The notes under the pieces are model-generated. The model made no database searches, was not told where the DNA came from, and was given only the letters and a program-made list of their open reading frames with translations. A stretch of DNA of 54,187 nucleotides from Candidatus Aminicenantes bacterium (GTDB lineage Bacteria > Acidobacteriota > Aminicenantia > Aminicenantales > Aminicenantaceae). The position numbers and the translations under genes were made by a program. Shown here piece after piece: positions 34,788 through 45,538 of the stretch; position 1 is the stretch's first letter, and each line of letters starts with the position of its first letter. The stretch covers positions 1-54,187 of the forward strand of contig SOIV01000051.1 in the NCBI GenBank assembly GCA_004377005.1. Direction: 5' to 3'.

Positions 34788-36194
34788 TTATTCTTCTTCT
34801 TTCTCTTCAGACGTGAGTTTCTCTTTGAAATATTTCTTCAGGTCAACCCCTGTCAGGGACTTGACTACCTCTGGCATTTGAGCCAGAATTTCTGCTACTT
34901 GGGCGGTGATTTTTGAAGTACCCAGGCCTTTATCTCCTCCGACAATCACAATTTTATCAACCTTGGAAAGAGGTTCGGAGACGGCCTTGGTCAATTCAGG
35001 GAGGACTTTAAGATAAGTATCAAAGAGAGCAGCCTTGTCGTACTTTTCCCAGGCTTGAGCTTTTTTCAGCATTGTTTCAGCCTCGGCTAAACCTCGTTGC
35101 TTGAGCTCTTCGGCTGCAGCAGTACCTTCGAGTTTTGTCGCTTCTGATTTTCCCCTGGCTTCAGCCAGGATGCGGTATTCTTCTGCCTCTGCTTCGGCTT
35201 TTAGCTGGTATTTGCGGGCGTCAGAAGGTTTGATAACGCTGGACTCAAGCTCTTTCTGCTTACGGCCGATTTCTAAATCCTCTATCTTTATGGATTGTTC
35301 CTTTTCTATGATCTTTACTTTGGCTTCTTCTTTTTTTATTTCCTGGTCGATACGGAAGCGCTCAAGTTCATAGGAGAGGTCTGCTTGTGCTTTTTTCTGG
35401 TTGACCAGAGCCTGCGACTCGGCCTTTTTGCCCTCGTTTTCCCACTCGGCCTTGGCGATGAGGGCTGCGGCAGCTAGGCGGGCCACTTCTGCTTCCTTTC
35501 GAGCTTCTGAAGATTTGACCACGGCTTGCTTTTCTGTTTCTGCTTCTGCGATTGTAGCGTCTCGTTTGGCTGCAGCTATCTGTGGCTTTCCGAGGGCATC
35601 GAGGTATCCCTGGGTGTCGCTTATGTCTTTAAGGGCAAAGGACATCATGACCAGACCCATCAGGGCAAAGTCTTTATGAGCAGCCTGGATCACTTTTGAT
35701 GAAAATTCGTGTCTTGCCGTATAAATTTCTTCCACGGTCATGGCACCTATAACCTCTCTCATCTTTCCCTCTAGGATTGTCATGGCGACATCCTTGATGC
35801 CTTCTTTTCCTAACCCCAAAAATTGCTCTGCTGCCAGGCGAATAGAGTGGTCAGAGGAATCTATCTTGACCTGAGCAGTGGATTCAGCCATGAGGGGAAC
35901 TCCTCCTCGGGTGAGAACTTCTGGGGTTTTAATGTTCAAGGTGATCACTTCCATGGGCAAGATGTCTACGGTTTCAATGAAAGGCAAGACAAAAGTGCCC
36001 CCTCCTAGACGATAGCGATAGCCGACTTTTCTCTTTGTTCCATCAGGGGCGATCACTGTTTTCTTTCTTCCTCCAGAAATAATAAGAGCTTGATTGGGGC
36101 CGACTTTTCGATACTGTTTGGCCGTGAGGAGGATTATTAAGGCTAATAAAATAAGTATGATGCCTAATATGATCAGCTTGGTTATGATGGTCAT
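34788..36194 (-). CDS. Flotillin/SPFH domain protein
   Basis: N-terminal TM, GGGTFVLP, AAEQFL, GYLDALG and EA-rich coiled coil. Confidence 0.9.
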   Translation of the reverse strand: MTIITKLIILGIILILLALIILLTAKQYRKVGPNQALIISGGRKKTVIAPDGTKRKVGYRYRLGGGTFVLPFIETVDILPMEVITLNIKTPEVLTRGGVPLMAESTAQVKIDSSDHSIRLAAEQFLGLGKEGIKDVAMTILEGKMREVIGAMTVEEIYTARHEFSSKVIQAAHKDFALMGLVMMSFALKDISDTQGYLDALGKPQIAAAKRDATIAEAETEKQAVVKSSEARKEAEVARLAAAALIAKAEWENEGKKAESQALVNQKKAQADLSYELERFRIDQEIKKEEAKVKIIEKEQSIKIEDLEIGRKQKELESSVIKPSDARKYQLKAEAEAEEYRILAEARGKSEATKLEGTAAAEELKQRGLAEAETMLKKAQAWEKYDKAALFDTYLKVLPELTKAVSEPLSKVDKIVIVGGDKGLGTSKITAQVAEILAQMPEVVKSLTGVDLKKYFKEKLTSEEKEEE

Positions 36195-36374
36195 AATAAC
36201 CTCCTTGGAATTAAGCCTCTCGAGATAAGGCAGGATTTTGATGAATTATTCATAATTATAAATACTTGCTTGTTTTTCTTAAAATCCTTTGATAGCGGAA
36301 ATGTTATATTGAAGAGTTATTATTGTCAAGAAGGCACTCTCTTAAGTACGCATATCAAATTCCCCTATTTCGAA

Positions 36375-36397
36375 AAAATGGGGCCAGGCCCCATTTT
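36375..36397. terminator. Perfect palindrome, bidirectional terminator or REP-like
   Basis: AAAATGGGGCC-A-GGCCCCATTTT. Confidence 0.55.
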
Positions 36398-36436
36398 CTC
36401 TTCGCTAAGTAAAATTTGTTCCTGATAAAAGGCGGG

Positions 36437-37381
36437 CTATTTTTTCTTGAGCTCCAGTTTTTCTCTAAAGTAGGCGATGGTTTCGAGCAGTCCCTCCTCT
36501 AAACCTATTTTTGGCTGCCAGCCGAGTTTTTCTTTGGCTAATGAGATATCCGGACATCGGCGCACAGGGTCATCCGAGGGCAGAGGCTTGCGGATGATCT
36601 TGGAAGAGCTCTTGGTGAGTTTGATTATTTTTTCGGCTAACTCAAGGATGGTGGATTCTGCTGGATTTCCCAGGTTCACGGGCTGTGTAAAACCTTCTTT
36701 ATCCATCGTCATTATGATAGCATCAATGAGGTCTGAGACATAGCAAAAGGAGCGTGTTTGAGTTCCGTCTCCGTAAACGGTGACCGGTTCTCCTCTTAGT
36801 GCCTGAACGATAAAGTTGCTGACAACCCTTCCGTCATTTATGGCCATCCGCGGGCCGTAGGTGTTAAATATACGGACTATTCTGGTGTCAACGTTGTTCT
36901 GACGGTGGTAGTCCATCATCAGCGTTTCAGCCACTCTTTTTCCTTCGTCATAGCAGCTTCGAATACCGACAGGATTGACGTTTCCCCAGTAACTTTCTTG
37001 TTGAGGATGAACTGCCGGATTCCCGTAAATTTCAGATGTAGAAGCGAGGAGGATGCGGGCTTTTATCCGTTTGGCCAAGCCCAGCATATTGATGGTCCCC
37101 ATGACGCTGGTCTTTACCGTTTTTATCGCATTGTGCTGGTAGTGGAGTGGTGAGGCAGGGCAAGCGAGATTATAAATTTTATCAACCTCCAAAAAGATAG
37201 GATGGATGATGTCGTGGCGGATCAGTTCGAAATAAGGGTGGGAAAAGAGGTGCCGGATATTATCTTTGTAGCCCGAGAAAAAATTGTCGACACAGACCAC
37301 ATCCGCCCCCTTTTCTAAAAGAGAGTCGCAAAGATGGCTGCCTAAAAAACCGGCTCCTCCTGTTATAAGGATTCGATTCAT
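36437..37381 (-). CDS. UDP-glucuronate decarboxylase (UXS-like SDR)
   Basis: Motifs [40 protein letters not shown]. Confidence 0.92.
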   Translation of the reverse strand: MNRILITGGAGFLGSHLCDSLLEKGADVVCVDNFFSGYKDNIRHLFSHPYFELIRHDIIHPIFLEVDKIYNLACPASPLHYQHNAIKTVKTSVMGTINMLGLAKRIKARILLASTSEIYGNPAVHPQQESYWGNVNPVGIRSCYDEGKRVAETLMMDYHRQNNVDTRIVRIFNTYGPRMAINDGRVVSNFIVQALRGEPVTVYGDGTQTRSFCYVSDLIDAIIMTMDKEGFTQPVNLGNPAESTILELAEKIIKLTKSSSKIIRKPLPSDDPVRRCPDISLAKEKLGWQPKIGLEEGLLETIAYFREKLELKKK

Positions 37382-37396
37382 ATTTTTTTCTCCTTT

Positions 37397-38140
37397 TTAC
37401 CTGTAGGCCATGAAGAGGACGCTCTTTTTTTTGAGGGTGTCCTTCTGCACTTGGGCTATTTCTTTTATTCCCTTATAGGCTAAGTTTAAAAGAGTGCTCA
37501 GTTCTTTTCTTGAAAATGGATTTTTCTCTGCTGTTGCCTGTAATTCCACGAGCTGCTCCTTCTCTGTACCGACAACATTCATATCAATTTCTGCTTTTGA
37601 ATCCTCGGAGTAATCGAGGTCAAGGAGGATTTCTCCTCCCACAATGCCCACACTGATGCCGCTGACCAGGTATTTGAGGGGCATCCGGTCGATGATCTTT
37701 TCGTCCATCATCTTTTTCAAGGCGAGGGCTAAGGCAATGCAGCCGGCTGTTACCGAAGCTGTTCTTGTCCCCCCGTCAGCCTGGAGGACGTCACAGTCAA
37801 GGATGATAGTCCTCTCTCCAAGGACGCTAAGATCTGTCACGGCACGAAGTGAGCGCCCTATGAGGCGCTGAATTTCTTGACTTCGGCCCGAAATATGAGC
37901 ACGTGTTCTTTCTCTAATGTTTCTTTTTTCAGTGGAACGGGGAAGCATGGAGTATTCGGCCGTGATCCAGCCAGTTCCGCTTTTCTTAAGGAAGGGCGGA
38001 ACCTTCTCTTCAATTGTAGCTGCAGCAACGATTCTGGTTTTGCCGATCTCTATGAAAGCAGAACCGTCAGCAAAATCCAGATAATCTGGCTTGATTTTTA
38101 TCGGTCTTAATTCATCGAAAGATCTCTTATTGGCTCTCAT
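37397..38140 (-). CDS. rph: Ribonuclease PH
   Basis: Motifs [31 protein letters not shown]. Confidence 0.95.
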   Translation of the reverse strand: MRANKRSFDELRPIKIKPDYLDFADGSAFIEIGKTRIVAAATIEEKVPPFLKKSGTGWITAEYSMLPRSTEKRNIRERTRAHISGRSQEIQRLIGRSLRAVTDLSVLGERTIILDCDVLQADGGTRTASVTAGCIALALALKKMMDEKIIDRMPLKYLVSGISVGIVGGEILLDLDYSEDSKAEIDMNVVGTEKEQLVELQATAEKNPFSRKELSTLLNLAYKGIKEIAQVQKDTLKKKSVLFMAYR

Positions 38141-38240
38141 TTTCCCGTTTCCTTCAGAATCCTCGCATCCACTCGGGGAAGCTTGTTGAAATTTTAATTT
38201 TTCTTTCCTTATATATCAAGGATTTGACCATTTTCAAAAT

Positions 38241-39140
38241 TCAAGCCTCCTCTTCCTCTGGTCTCGTTTTCCACCTGTTGTGGAACCAAAACCAATAATC
38301 TGGATTTTTCCTTATCTGAATTTCTATAATCTTAGTGCATATTTGGGTAATTTTCAATACATCCTGGTTGTAATTTCCTCCCAAGGTTATGCTTAGAGGG
38401 CTGAATATTTTAAGGTGATAGGCATGGGATGATGTAGGATAGCAAAATACCGGGATGAGAGGTGATTTTGTCCTGAGGGAAAAAGATGCCAGGCTTGGGG
38501 TTGTGGCTGCTTTCTTGCCAAAAAAATCGACAAAGACAGCTTGTTGTCTGAGAACATTCTGATCTATCAAAAAGGCAACCATTTCTCTTGCCCGTAGAGA
38601 TTGAAGAATCTTTTTTGTTGCCTGATTTTTGTAGATGACGTGGGACCCCTGGCTTGTTCTGAGCTTGAGGAGTTCTTTCTCCAGGAGCTTGTTATCCAGG
38701 GGGCGGGCAATGACACTTAGTTTTCCCTTTTTGGCTAGAAAAAACGGAATGATTTCCCAGCTTCCGTAGTGAGCAGAGAAGAGGAGCGCTCCCTTTTTTT
38801 CTCGAAGAGCTTTAAGCAGATTTTCTTCGCCTTCGACATTTATGAGGGCATTCCTTTTCTCTTCTCCAAGACGAGGAAGCTTTATGATGTCCATGAAGGT
38901 CTTTCCGAAATGCATAAAGGAGTTTCGGGCTATTCTTTTAAGCTCAGAAGGGGGCAATTCCTTTCCAAAAGCGATTTTCAGGTTGGATAAGGCGATCAGG
39001 CGATGCCTTTTATCCAGGTAATAAAAGGCTAATCCTAAGGTTTGTCCCAAAGAGAGACACAGCTTCCGGGAAAGAATGGACAAAGGAGCTTTGGCTATTT
39101 GAAAGAGTGAGAATTCAAATAATTCTTTAAAACTTGCCAT
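38241..39140 (-). CDS. lpxL: Lipid A lauroyl acyltransferase family (LpxL/HtrB)
   Basis: Motifs SAHYGSWE, LIDQ, FFG, WFWFHNRWK. Confidence 0.85.
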   Translation of the reverse strand: MASFKELFEFSLFQIAKAPLSILSRKLCLSLGQTLGLAFYYLDKRHRLIALSNLKIAFGKELPPSELKRIARNSFMHFGKTFMDIIKLPRLGEEKRNALINVEGEENLLKALREKKGALLFSAHYGSWEIIPFFLAKKGKLSVIARPLDNKLLEKELLKLRTSQGSHVIYKNQATKKILQSLRAREMVAFLIDQNVLRQQAVFVDFFGKKAATTPSLASFSLRTKSPLIPVFCYPTSSHAYHLKIFSPLSITLGGNYNQDVLKITQICTKIIEIQIRKNPDYWFWFHNRWKTRPEEEEA

Positions 39141-39149
39141 TTTAGAATA

Positions 39150-40142
39150 TTACACCCAATTTTGGAGTAGATTTGATATCCTGGCGTAAAATTTATCCTC
39201 CACCTCGAGGTCGATCTTTAAATAATAAGCAGGGATTTTTTTAAAGCTATTGTTGTGAATAATCTTCAAGGCGTCTTTCTCAGTAGTGATGATTGCTTCA
39301 GCGTTGATTTTTTTGTATTTTTCTGTGATTTTTTCCAGAGAAGATTTGGGGTAGGGATGATGATCAGGAAATTTAAAGAAAAACGATGGCTTTATGCCTT
39401 CCTCGTGGAGGATGGATAAGAATCTTTCAGGCCGGGCTATTCCGCAAAAAGCGAGAACTTTTTTTCTTTTAAGCTTTTCACCCGGCTCTCTCCCTTCCTC
39501 TACTAACCTGAAGAAACCCTTATTTTTAACAGAGTATTCAAAGACGGTTGATTCAGGAAAGCGTTCCCTTATTCTTTTTTTTCTCTGAGGATCGACTCCT
39601 TTCTTCATCAAAAGAATGTTGGCTCTTTTAAGGGAAGAGACAGGTTCGCGAAATGCAATTTTTTCTGCCGGAGTGTAGAGAACAATGTCCAAATCTCTGT
39701 GGAGGCGGCGATGCTGGAAGCCGTCATCCAGCACAGCAAGCTCGAAACCCAAGCTCTTTGCTTTTTGGCAGGAGAGAAGACGATTTTTACCGATGAAAAT
39801 TCCAGCCTGAGGAATGCTTTGGGCGACCATAAATGGCTCATCACCGGAATCCTCCCAAGGAGCGAGAATGTTTTTTCCGTCAGAAAGAATACCTCCGCTC
39901 TTTTCCCATCTCCCTTTATACCCACGGGAGATCAGGGCAGGTTTGAAGCCGTGTTTAATGAGATAGGTTATCAGATTTATGACTAATGGCGTTTTTTCTG
40001 TCCCCCCAAAGGCGATGCTTCCCACGCTGATAACGGACAAAGGCGCTTTTTTTGGTGTTGATATTTTCTTTTTGTAAAACCAATTTTTAATCTGGCATCC
40101 TGAGCGGTTGAAAAGAGAAAGAAGGAATAAGAGAAATTTCAT
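39150..40142 (-). CDS. lpxK: Tetraacyldisaccharide 4'-kinase
   Basis: Motifs VGSIAFGGTEKTP, SRGY, GDEP, DDGFQH, FPDHH, TTEKD. Confidence 0.9.
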   Translation of the reverse strand: MKFLLFLLSLFNRSGCQIKNWFYKKKISTPKKAPLSVISVGSIAFGGTEKTPLVINLITYLIKHGFKPALISRGYKGRWEKSGGILSDGKNILAPWEDSGDEPFMVAQSIPQAGIFIGKNRLLSCQKAKSLGFELAVLDDGFQHRRLHRDLDIVLYTPAEKIAFREPVSSLKRANILLMKKGVDPQRKKRIRERFPESTVFEYSVKNKGFFRLVEEGREPGEKLKRKKVLAFCGIARPERFLSILHEEGIKPSFFFKFPDHHPYPKSSLEKITEKYKKINAEAIITTEKDALKIIHNNSFKKIPAYYLKIDLEVEDKFYARISNLLQNWV

Positions 40143-40319
40143 CCTCCGGGGAATATACTATATTCGATTTTCTCTTTCAAGTTTAGAGTTTGGGGAACGT
40201 CCCCATTTTTGCTTTGACTTTTTTCTTTGTCTTATGATAGTTTTTGCTTTCTATTCAAAACATAAGATGAGTATTTTGGCATAATGCTCGTTCATCACAA
40301 GGATAAAGGAGGATATGAT

Positions 40320-43300
40320 ATGAAAAAAGGAATATTTTCGTCTAGGTTTCTATTGGTTCTGTGTCTGGGATTGGCCGTAAGCCTTTTCCTCGGTGCGAAA
40401 AAAGCAAAGAAAGAACCTGAACTTCTTCTCAAAGAATCAGTCCTTGATGGGCTGAGATGGAGATGTATCGGCCCGTCCAACATGGGAGGACGGATTGATG
40501 ATTTTGCTGTTGTGGAAAGCAACCCTAAAATTATTTATGCAGGGACTGCCTCAGGAGGAGTGTGGAAGACCACCAATAACGGCGTAACCTGGGAACCCAT
40601 TTTCGACGACCAGATTACTAGCACCATCGGCGATGTGACCGTGGCGCCTTCCAATCCGGGTATAATCTGGGTTGGCACTGGAGAACCGAACAATCGTCAG
40701 AGTTCTTCCTGGGGAGACGGGATTTATAAATCTACTGATAGCGGCAGGACATGGAAAAATATGGGGCTTCGTGATACCCATCATATTGGTCGTATTGTCA
40801 TCCATCCGACCAATCCGGATATTGTTTATGTTGCAGCCTTGGGGCATCTCTGGGGTCCGAACAAAGAAAGGGGCCTGTTTAGAACCATGGATGGCGGAAA
40901 AACCTGGCGCAATACTAAATTTATTGATGAGAATACAGGATTTGTGGATGTTGCTCTGGATCATGAGAATCCAAATGTTCTGTATGCAGCAGCTTATCAG
41001 AGGCGCCGCCGCGGCTGGGGTTTTAACGGAGGAGGACCTGGCAGTGGTCTTTACAAGACGACCGACGGCGGAGAAACATGGGCCCGTCTGACAAATGGAC
41101 TGCCTTCAGGAAACACAGGACGTATCGGAGTAGATATTTACCGCAGTAGCCCCAATGTTGTCTATGCCGTTATCGAACACAAACAGGGTGGAGTTTTTCG
41201 CTCTGAAGATAAAGGCTTAACCTGGAAAAAGATGTCGAGCACCAATCCTCGGCCCATGTATTACAGCAAGATACGCATCGACCCGAACAACGACCAGAGG
41301 ATCTGGGTTCTCGGAGCTTCTATGTATGTCTCTGAGGATGGAGGTAAGTCTTTCAACACTAATTATGTAAGGGGGGTACATGGCGACCATCATGCCATGT
41401 GGATTAACCCTTCCGATTCCAATCATATGGTCCTGGGCTCAGATGGAGGGATTTATTTTTCTTATGATCGCGGCAAAACCTGGGATTTTGTCAATACGCT
41501 CCCTCTCGGACAGTTTTACGAAATAGGTTTTGATATGCGGAATCCTTATTATGTCTACGGAGGATTGCAGGATAACGGCAGCTGGGGAGGTCCCAGCTCA
41601 ACCTTGAATAGAATTGGAGTTTCCAACGAGGACTGGGTCAGAATCGGGGGAGGAGATGGCTTTTATACTCAAGTAGATCCCGAAGACAACAACACCATCT
41701 ATGCCGAATCCCAGAATGGGAGACTCTACAGGTTTGACGTGAGGTCAGGAGAAAGCAAGTCCATAAGGCCTGAACCTAATGATGAGAAAGAGCGTTACAG
41801 GTTTAACTGGAATTCTCCGATTTTGATATCTCCTCATGATCCCAAGACAATCTATTACGGCGGAAACAAACTGTTTAAATCCAAAGATAGAGGAGAGACA
41901 TGGGAAGCCACGATTGATCTGACAACTCAGCAGGATAGAGAAAAGCTTCCGCTTATGGGAGTGCTTCCAGACAAGGACACGCTTTCCCGACACGACGGCA
42001 TTTCCTATTACGGCGATATCACAACAGTTTCTGAGTCCCCTCTTAAAGAAGGTCTCATCTATGCAGGCACAGATGACGGTAACTTACAGGTCTCCCGCGA
42101 TGGCGGGAAGAATTGGAAGAATGTGATCGGTAAAGTTCCTCGGATGCCCAAGTATACCTATGTCACCAGGGTTGTAGCTTCCCGCTTTAAAGAAGGGACA
42201 GCCTATGCCACATTTGACGGCCACCGCAATAATGATTTCAAAGCATATGTCTTCATGACAACCGATTATGGGGAGAGCTGGAAGAATATCTCAAGCAATC
42301 TGCCTCAAGGCGGAATTGTCAATGTTATAAGAGAGCATCATCGGAATCCCAATCTTCTTTTTATCGGAACAGAAAGAGGTGCCTACTTCTCTATTGATAG
42401 AGGAAAGAAGTGGGTGAAGTTTAAGAGCAACTTCCCCACCGTTCCAGTTGATGACATTGCCATTCATCCTCGAGAGAATGACCTGATTTTTGGCACCCAT
42501 GGCCGGAGTGTATGGATTTTAGATGATATCACTCCCTTAGAGCAGCTTGCAAAAGATACCTTGGCCTCTTCCGCTTATCTTTTTGACATCCGTAAAGCAA
42601 CAATCTTTAATCCTTACAACCATAAGGGAAATCTTGGTCACAAATTTTTTGTCGCTCAAAATCCGCCTTTTGGGGCTACGATAAGCTACTACCTGAAAGA
42701 GGAAGCGAAAGAGGACGTAAAAATAGCTATACAAGACAGCCAAGGGCGGCAAATAAGGGAGCTCAAAGCTCAGAAAGATGCTGGAATCCATCGCGTTGCC
42801 TGGGATTTGAGGTATGGGCCTCCTGAAGCTCTTGGAGAGGATAGGATTAGCCGTCGCTTCAGAGCTCGAGGGCCCTTTGTTCTTCCCGGAGAATATAAGG
42901 TGACGTTGAAAACAGCGGGTCAGGAGATGACAAAGATTGTTAAGGTTGAGGGAGACCCCAGGATCGATATTTCCTTCGAGGACAGAAAAGCCCAGCATGA
43001 TGCCCTGATGAGCATTCATAAGCTGTACCCTGCTATTTCAGCAGCGAGCCGTGCTTCAGATAGTATGAGAAAGGAGATAAAAAAGCAGGAAAGCGCTCTA
43101 AAAAAGATTCCTGATATCCCCGCGGCAATTCATGAGTCGATTAAAGCTATCTCCAAAGAGATCGATGATATTCGGCTAAAGTTAATCGGAGACCCCGGAT
43201 TAGGTTATAGGGGGATGCGCCGTTCAGTCAGGGGACGGCTCCTCATGACTGGAAGGTCTATAGGAGGATATACAGGTGCCCCTTCTGAGCGTCGTGTTCA

Positions 43301-43448
43301 GCAGATAAGGAAAAATTCTGAAGAGTTAAAGACACTTATTGAGAGGATAAACAAGATAATAGAGGTAGATATCCCCAAGCTGAATGAGTTGATGAACAAA
43401 AACAATATCCCCCGTATATTTGTTGGGAAAAAAATAAAAATTAGCTAA
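40320..43448 (+). CDS. Secreted VPS10/BNR (Asp-box) beta-propeller protein, glycosyl hydrolase-like
   Basis: Signal peptide, repeated S/TxDxGxTW boxes, IGPSNMGGR. AAGGAGG RBS. Confidence 0.85.
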   Translation: MKKGIFSSRFLLVLCLGLAVSLFLGAKKAKKEPELLLKESVLDGLRWRCIGPSNMGGRIDDFAVVESNPKIIYAGTASGGVWKTTNNGVTWEPIFDDQITSTIGDVTVAPSNPGIIWVGTGEPNNRQSSSWGDGIYKSTDSGRTWKNMGLRDTHHIGRIVIHPTNPDIVYVAALGHLWGPNKERGLFRTMDGGKTWRNTKFIDENTGFVDVALDHENPNVLYAAAYQRRRRGWGFNGGGPGSGLYKTTDGGETWARLTNGLPSGNTGRIGVDIYRSSPNVVYAVIEHKQGGVFRSEDKGLTWKKMSSTNPRPMYYSKIRIDPNNDQRIWVLGASMYVSEDGGKSFNTNYVRGVHGDHHAMWINPSDSNHMVLGSDGGIYFSYDRGKTWDFVNTLPLGQFYEIGFDMRNPYYVYGGLQDNGSWGGPSSTLNRIGVSNEDWVRIGGGDGFYTQVDPEDNNTIYAESQNGRLYRFDVRSGESKSIRPEPNDEKERYRFNWNSPILISPHDPKTIYYGGNKLFKSKDRGETWEATIDLTTQQDREKLPLMGVLPDKDTLSRHDGISYYGDITTVSESPLKEGLIYAGTDDGNLQVSRDGGKNWKNVIGKVPRMPKYTYVTRVVASRFKEGTAYATFDGHRNNDFKAYVFMTTDYGESWKNISSNLPQGGIVNVIREHHRNPNLLFIGTERGAYFSIDRGKKWVKFKSNFPTVPVDDIAIHPRENDLIFGTHGRSVWILDDITPLEQLAKDTLASSAYLFDIRKATIFNPYNHKGNLGHKFFVAQNPPFGATISYYLKEEAKEDVKIAIQDSQGRQIRELKAQKDAGIHRVAWDLRYGPPEALGEDRISRRFRARGPFVLPGEYKVTLKTAGQEMTKIVKVEGDPRIDISFEDRKAQHDALMSIHKLYPAISAASRASDSMRKEIKKQESALKKIPDIPAAIHESIKAISKEIDDIRLKLIGDPGLGYRGMRRSVRGRLLMTGRSIGGYTGAPSERRVQQIRKNSEELKTLIERINKIIEVDIPKLNELMNKNNIPRIFVGKKIKIS

Positions 43449-43672
43449 GGTTGCAGGACGGCTAGCCTGGCTGAGCCAAATAATTATCTTTTGGAGCAAC
43501 GAGCATAAAGTAAAGCGGACAAAGATAATAGGAGTTGGTCTGATTCATCAGATCCAAGCTGGTTGATGAACGCTCGAAGCTGGCCGATACCGAAAAGACA
43601 TAAGGGTCTTTTCCTATACTTTTTGATTTCTCATAATATTTGCACCTATTGAGAGAAAAAAGGAGGATCGAG

Positions 43673-44539
43673 ATTATAAGAAAGGTGGCAGGAATCCTTC
43701 TTGTAATGCAGATGGCATTTGTCTCTTTCAGCTGCAAGAGGGAGACGCAGATCAGGGGGGTCGAACTCGAGGTGAGCTTTTCTGAAGCGACTTTATCAGA
43801 TGACCTGGTTACTGATATCCAGTATAGATGGAAGACGAAGAAGGACTTTGAAGAGGTAAAAGAAGACTACTATGCTTATGTGCATTTTTGGCATAGATAT
43901 AACCTTCTTTTCTACGATAATCATTCCCCGGAAATTCCGACATCTCAATGGGAGCGGGAAAAGGAATACACTTATTCACGGAGAATATATATTCCTACCT
44001 TTATTGATAAGTCTGACCCTGCGTTCAAGGGAGAAGATATCTTGAGATTGTCTATCGGATTGAACTCTCCTTATGACAGGTCCGGGAAACTACCAAAGCC
44101 TCTTCTTGAAAAAAAATTAAAGTTTTCGCCTGCTCCTCCCGATACTCCCAAAATCAGCTACGAAGACGGATGGTATGATTTAGAAATAAGCCCGGAGACT
44201 TCTCTTAAAAGGTGGAGATGGACAGCCAATGAAGCCAGATGCAAAATTGATAATCCTCGCCAGGATGCTCTGCTGTTTATAAAAGGGGGGGTGAATCTGG
44301 GAGTATTGAATAATCAAAAAGTTGTCTTCAAGGTCAACGATTCGATTTTGGATGAGTTCATCCCAGAGGAAAGTCAATTCGAGAAATCATACAGGATAAA
44401 AAAAGAAATACTTGGCGAGGCGGATATATTTTACCTCGTTATCTCTACAGATAAAACGTTTATCCCGAAGCAGGTTATACTTCGCTCTAAGGATGAGAGA
44501 GAGTTAGGAGTCCAGATTTCCTTTATTTATTTTAGATAG
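43673..44539 (+). CDS. Hypothetical lipoprotein (start uncertain, possibly ATT at 43673)
   Basis: Long ORF, AGGAGG at 43661, hydrophobic stretch ending FSC. Confidence 0.6.
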   Translation: MIRKVAGILLVMQMAFVSFSCKRETQIRGVELEVSFSEATLSDDLVTDIQYRWKTKKDFEEVKEDYYAYVHFWHRYNLLFYDNHSPEIPTSQWEREKEYTYSRRIYIPTFIDKSDPAFKGEDILRLSIGLNSPYDRSGKLPKPLLEKKLKFSPAPPDTPKISYEDGWYDLEISPETSLKRWRWTANEARCKIDNPRQDALLFIKGGVNLGVLNNQKVVFKVNDSILDEFIPEESQFEKSYRIKKEILGEADIFYLVISTDKTFIPKQVILRSKDERELGVQISFIYFR

Positions 44540-44650
44540 ATAAATGCAAATGAAGAAGAGCTTACTCTTTTTTCTTGAGATTTGCTGAGGGAGATCGGAA
44601 CACCTTAGAGAACTTACTCTTTCCCCTTATTCTTGGCTTTCTTGTTAGGG

Positions 44651-45220
44651 CTATCTTCTCTTTCTAGCTCCAGTTCTTGCCTGCTGATATTCTTTCCTGG
44701 CCCTGGCTTCCTCTTCCTTAGCTTTCTGAAGTCTCAGAGAAGTTTCGCTTATATTTCTCTGAATGTTTTCTCTGGAACTCATGTCATCCATGCTGTAAAA
44801 TTCTTGCCATAGACCGTTCATCCTCGTGGTTAATAAACCTACTTGCTCGCGCGCGCGCTTCCATTTCTTTTCGAGTTTATCCGGTGTATTTTCTTGAGGC
44901 TCCGCTCTGTCTGCGTTTTTAGCTTTTGATCCTCTGGCTTTGGCTCCTGATGGTTCCGCTTTATCTAGTGAAGACATCTCAGATGAGGATCCTGCCATTG
45001 CGCTTCCTTCTGGGGGGCCTGCTTGTCTTGAAGTGGTAAGAGCCGGCCCTCTTTTAATGTTTGACAGATCAGCATTGGTAACAACTGTCTTTTCTTGATT
45101 CTTTAGTTTTTCTCTTCTTTCTTTTTCTTTTTTGGCTAAATCAACCAAGCTTTGAGAGGAAAGAACAGCGGTAAGGAATAAAGGGAGAGAAATTGCTACG
45201 ATAATTTTGTTGAAACTCAT
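44651..45220 (-). CDS. Hypothetical exported coiled-coil protein
   Basis: Signal peptide, then QSLVDLAKKEKERR..VVTNADL and a C-terminal coiled coil. Confidence 0.7.
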   Translation of the reverse strand: MSFNKIIVAISLPLFLTAVLSSQSLVDLAKKEKERREKLKNQEKTVVTNADLSNIKRGPALTTSRQAGPPEGSAMAGSSSEMSSLDKAEPSGAKARGSKAKNADRAEPQENTPDKLEKKWKRAREQVGLLTTRMNGLWQEFYSMDDMSSRENIQRNISETSLRLQKAKEEEARARKEYQQARTGARKRR

Positions 45221-45538
45221 TTTTCCTTCTCTTTAAAATTTATTTTATACATTAGAACTTTTTATGTCAATCAAACGAATAACTAGCGCTCGCCAAGAAT
45301 TACTGGCTCTTTCACACCTCTATTTGGCAATAAATACCGTCGGAGATTCATTATTGCCGCAAATATAAGGTAATAAAAACCCCGATATAAGTAAATACCC
45401 CTTTGAGATGATTTGGGGAATGATTTTTTTTCTTTTTTTCCTCACCTAAAAAGATGACCTACCCTCACCATTTCAGTTAACCTGGTTTATTCATAAATTA
45501 TGCCGGCACCCCCTTTTATTTGTCTCTTTATTTGTCTT

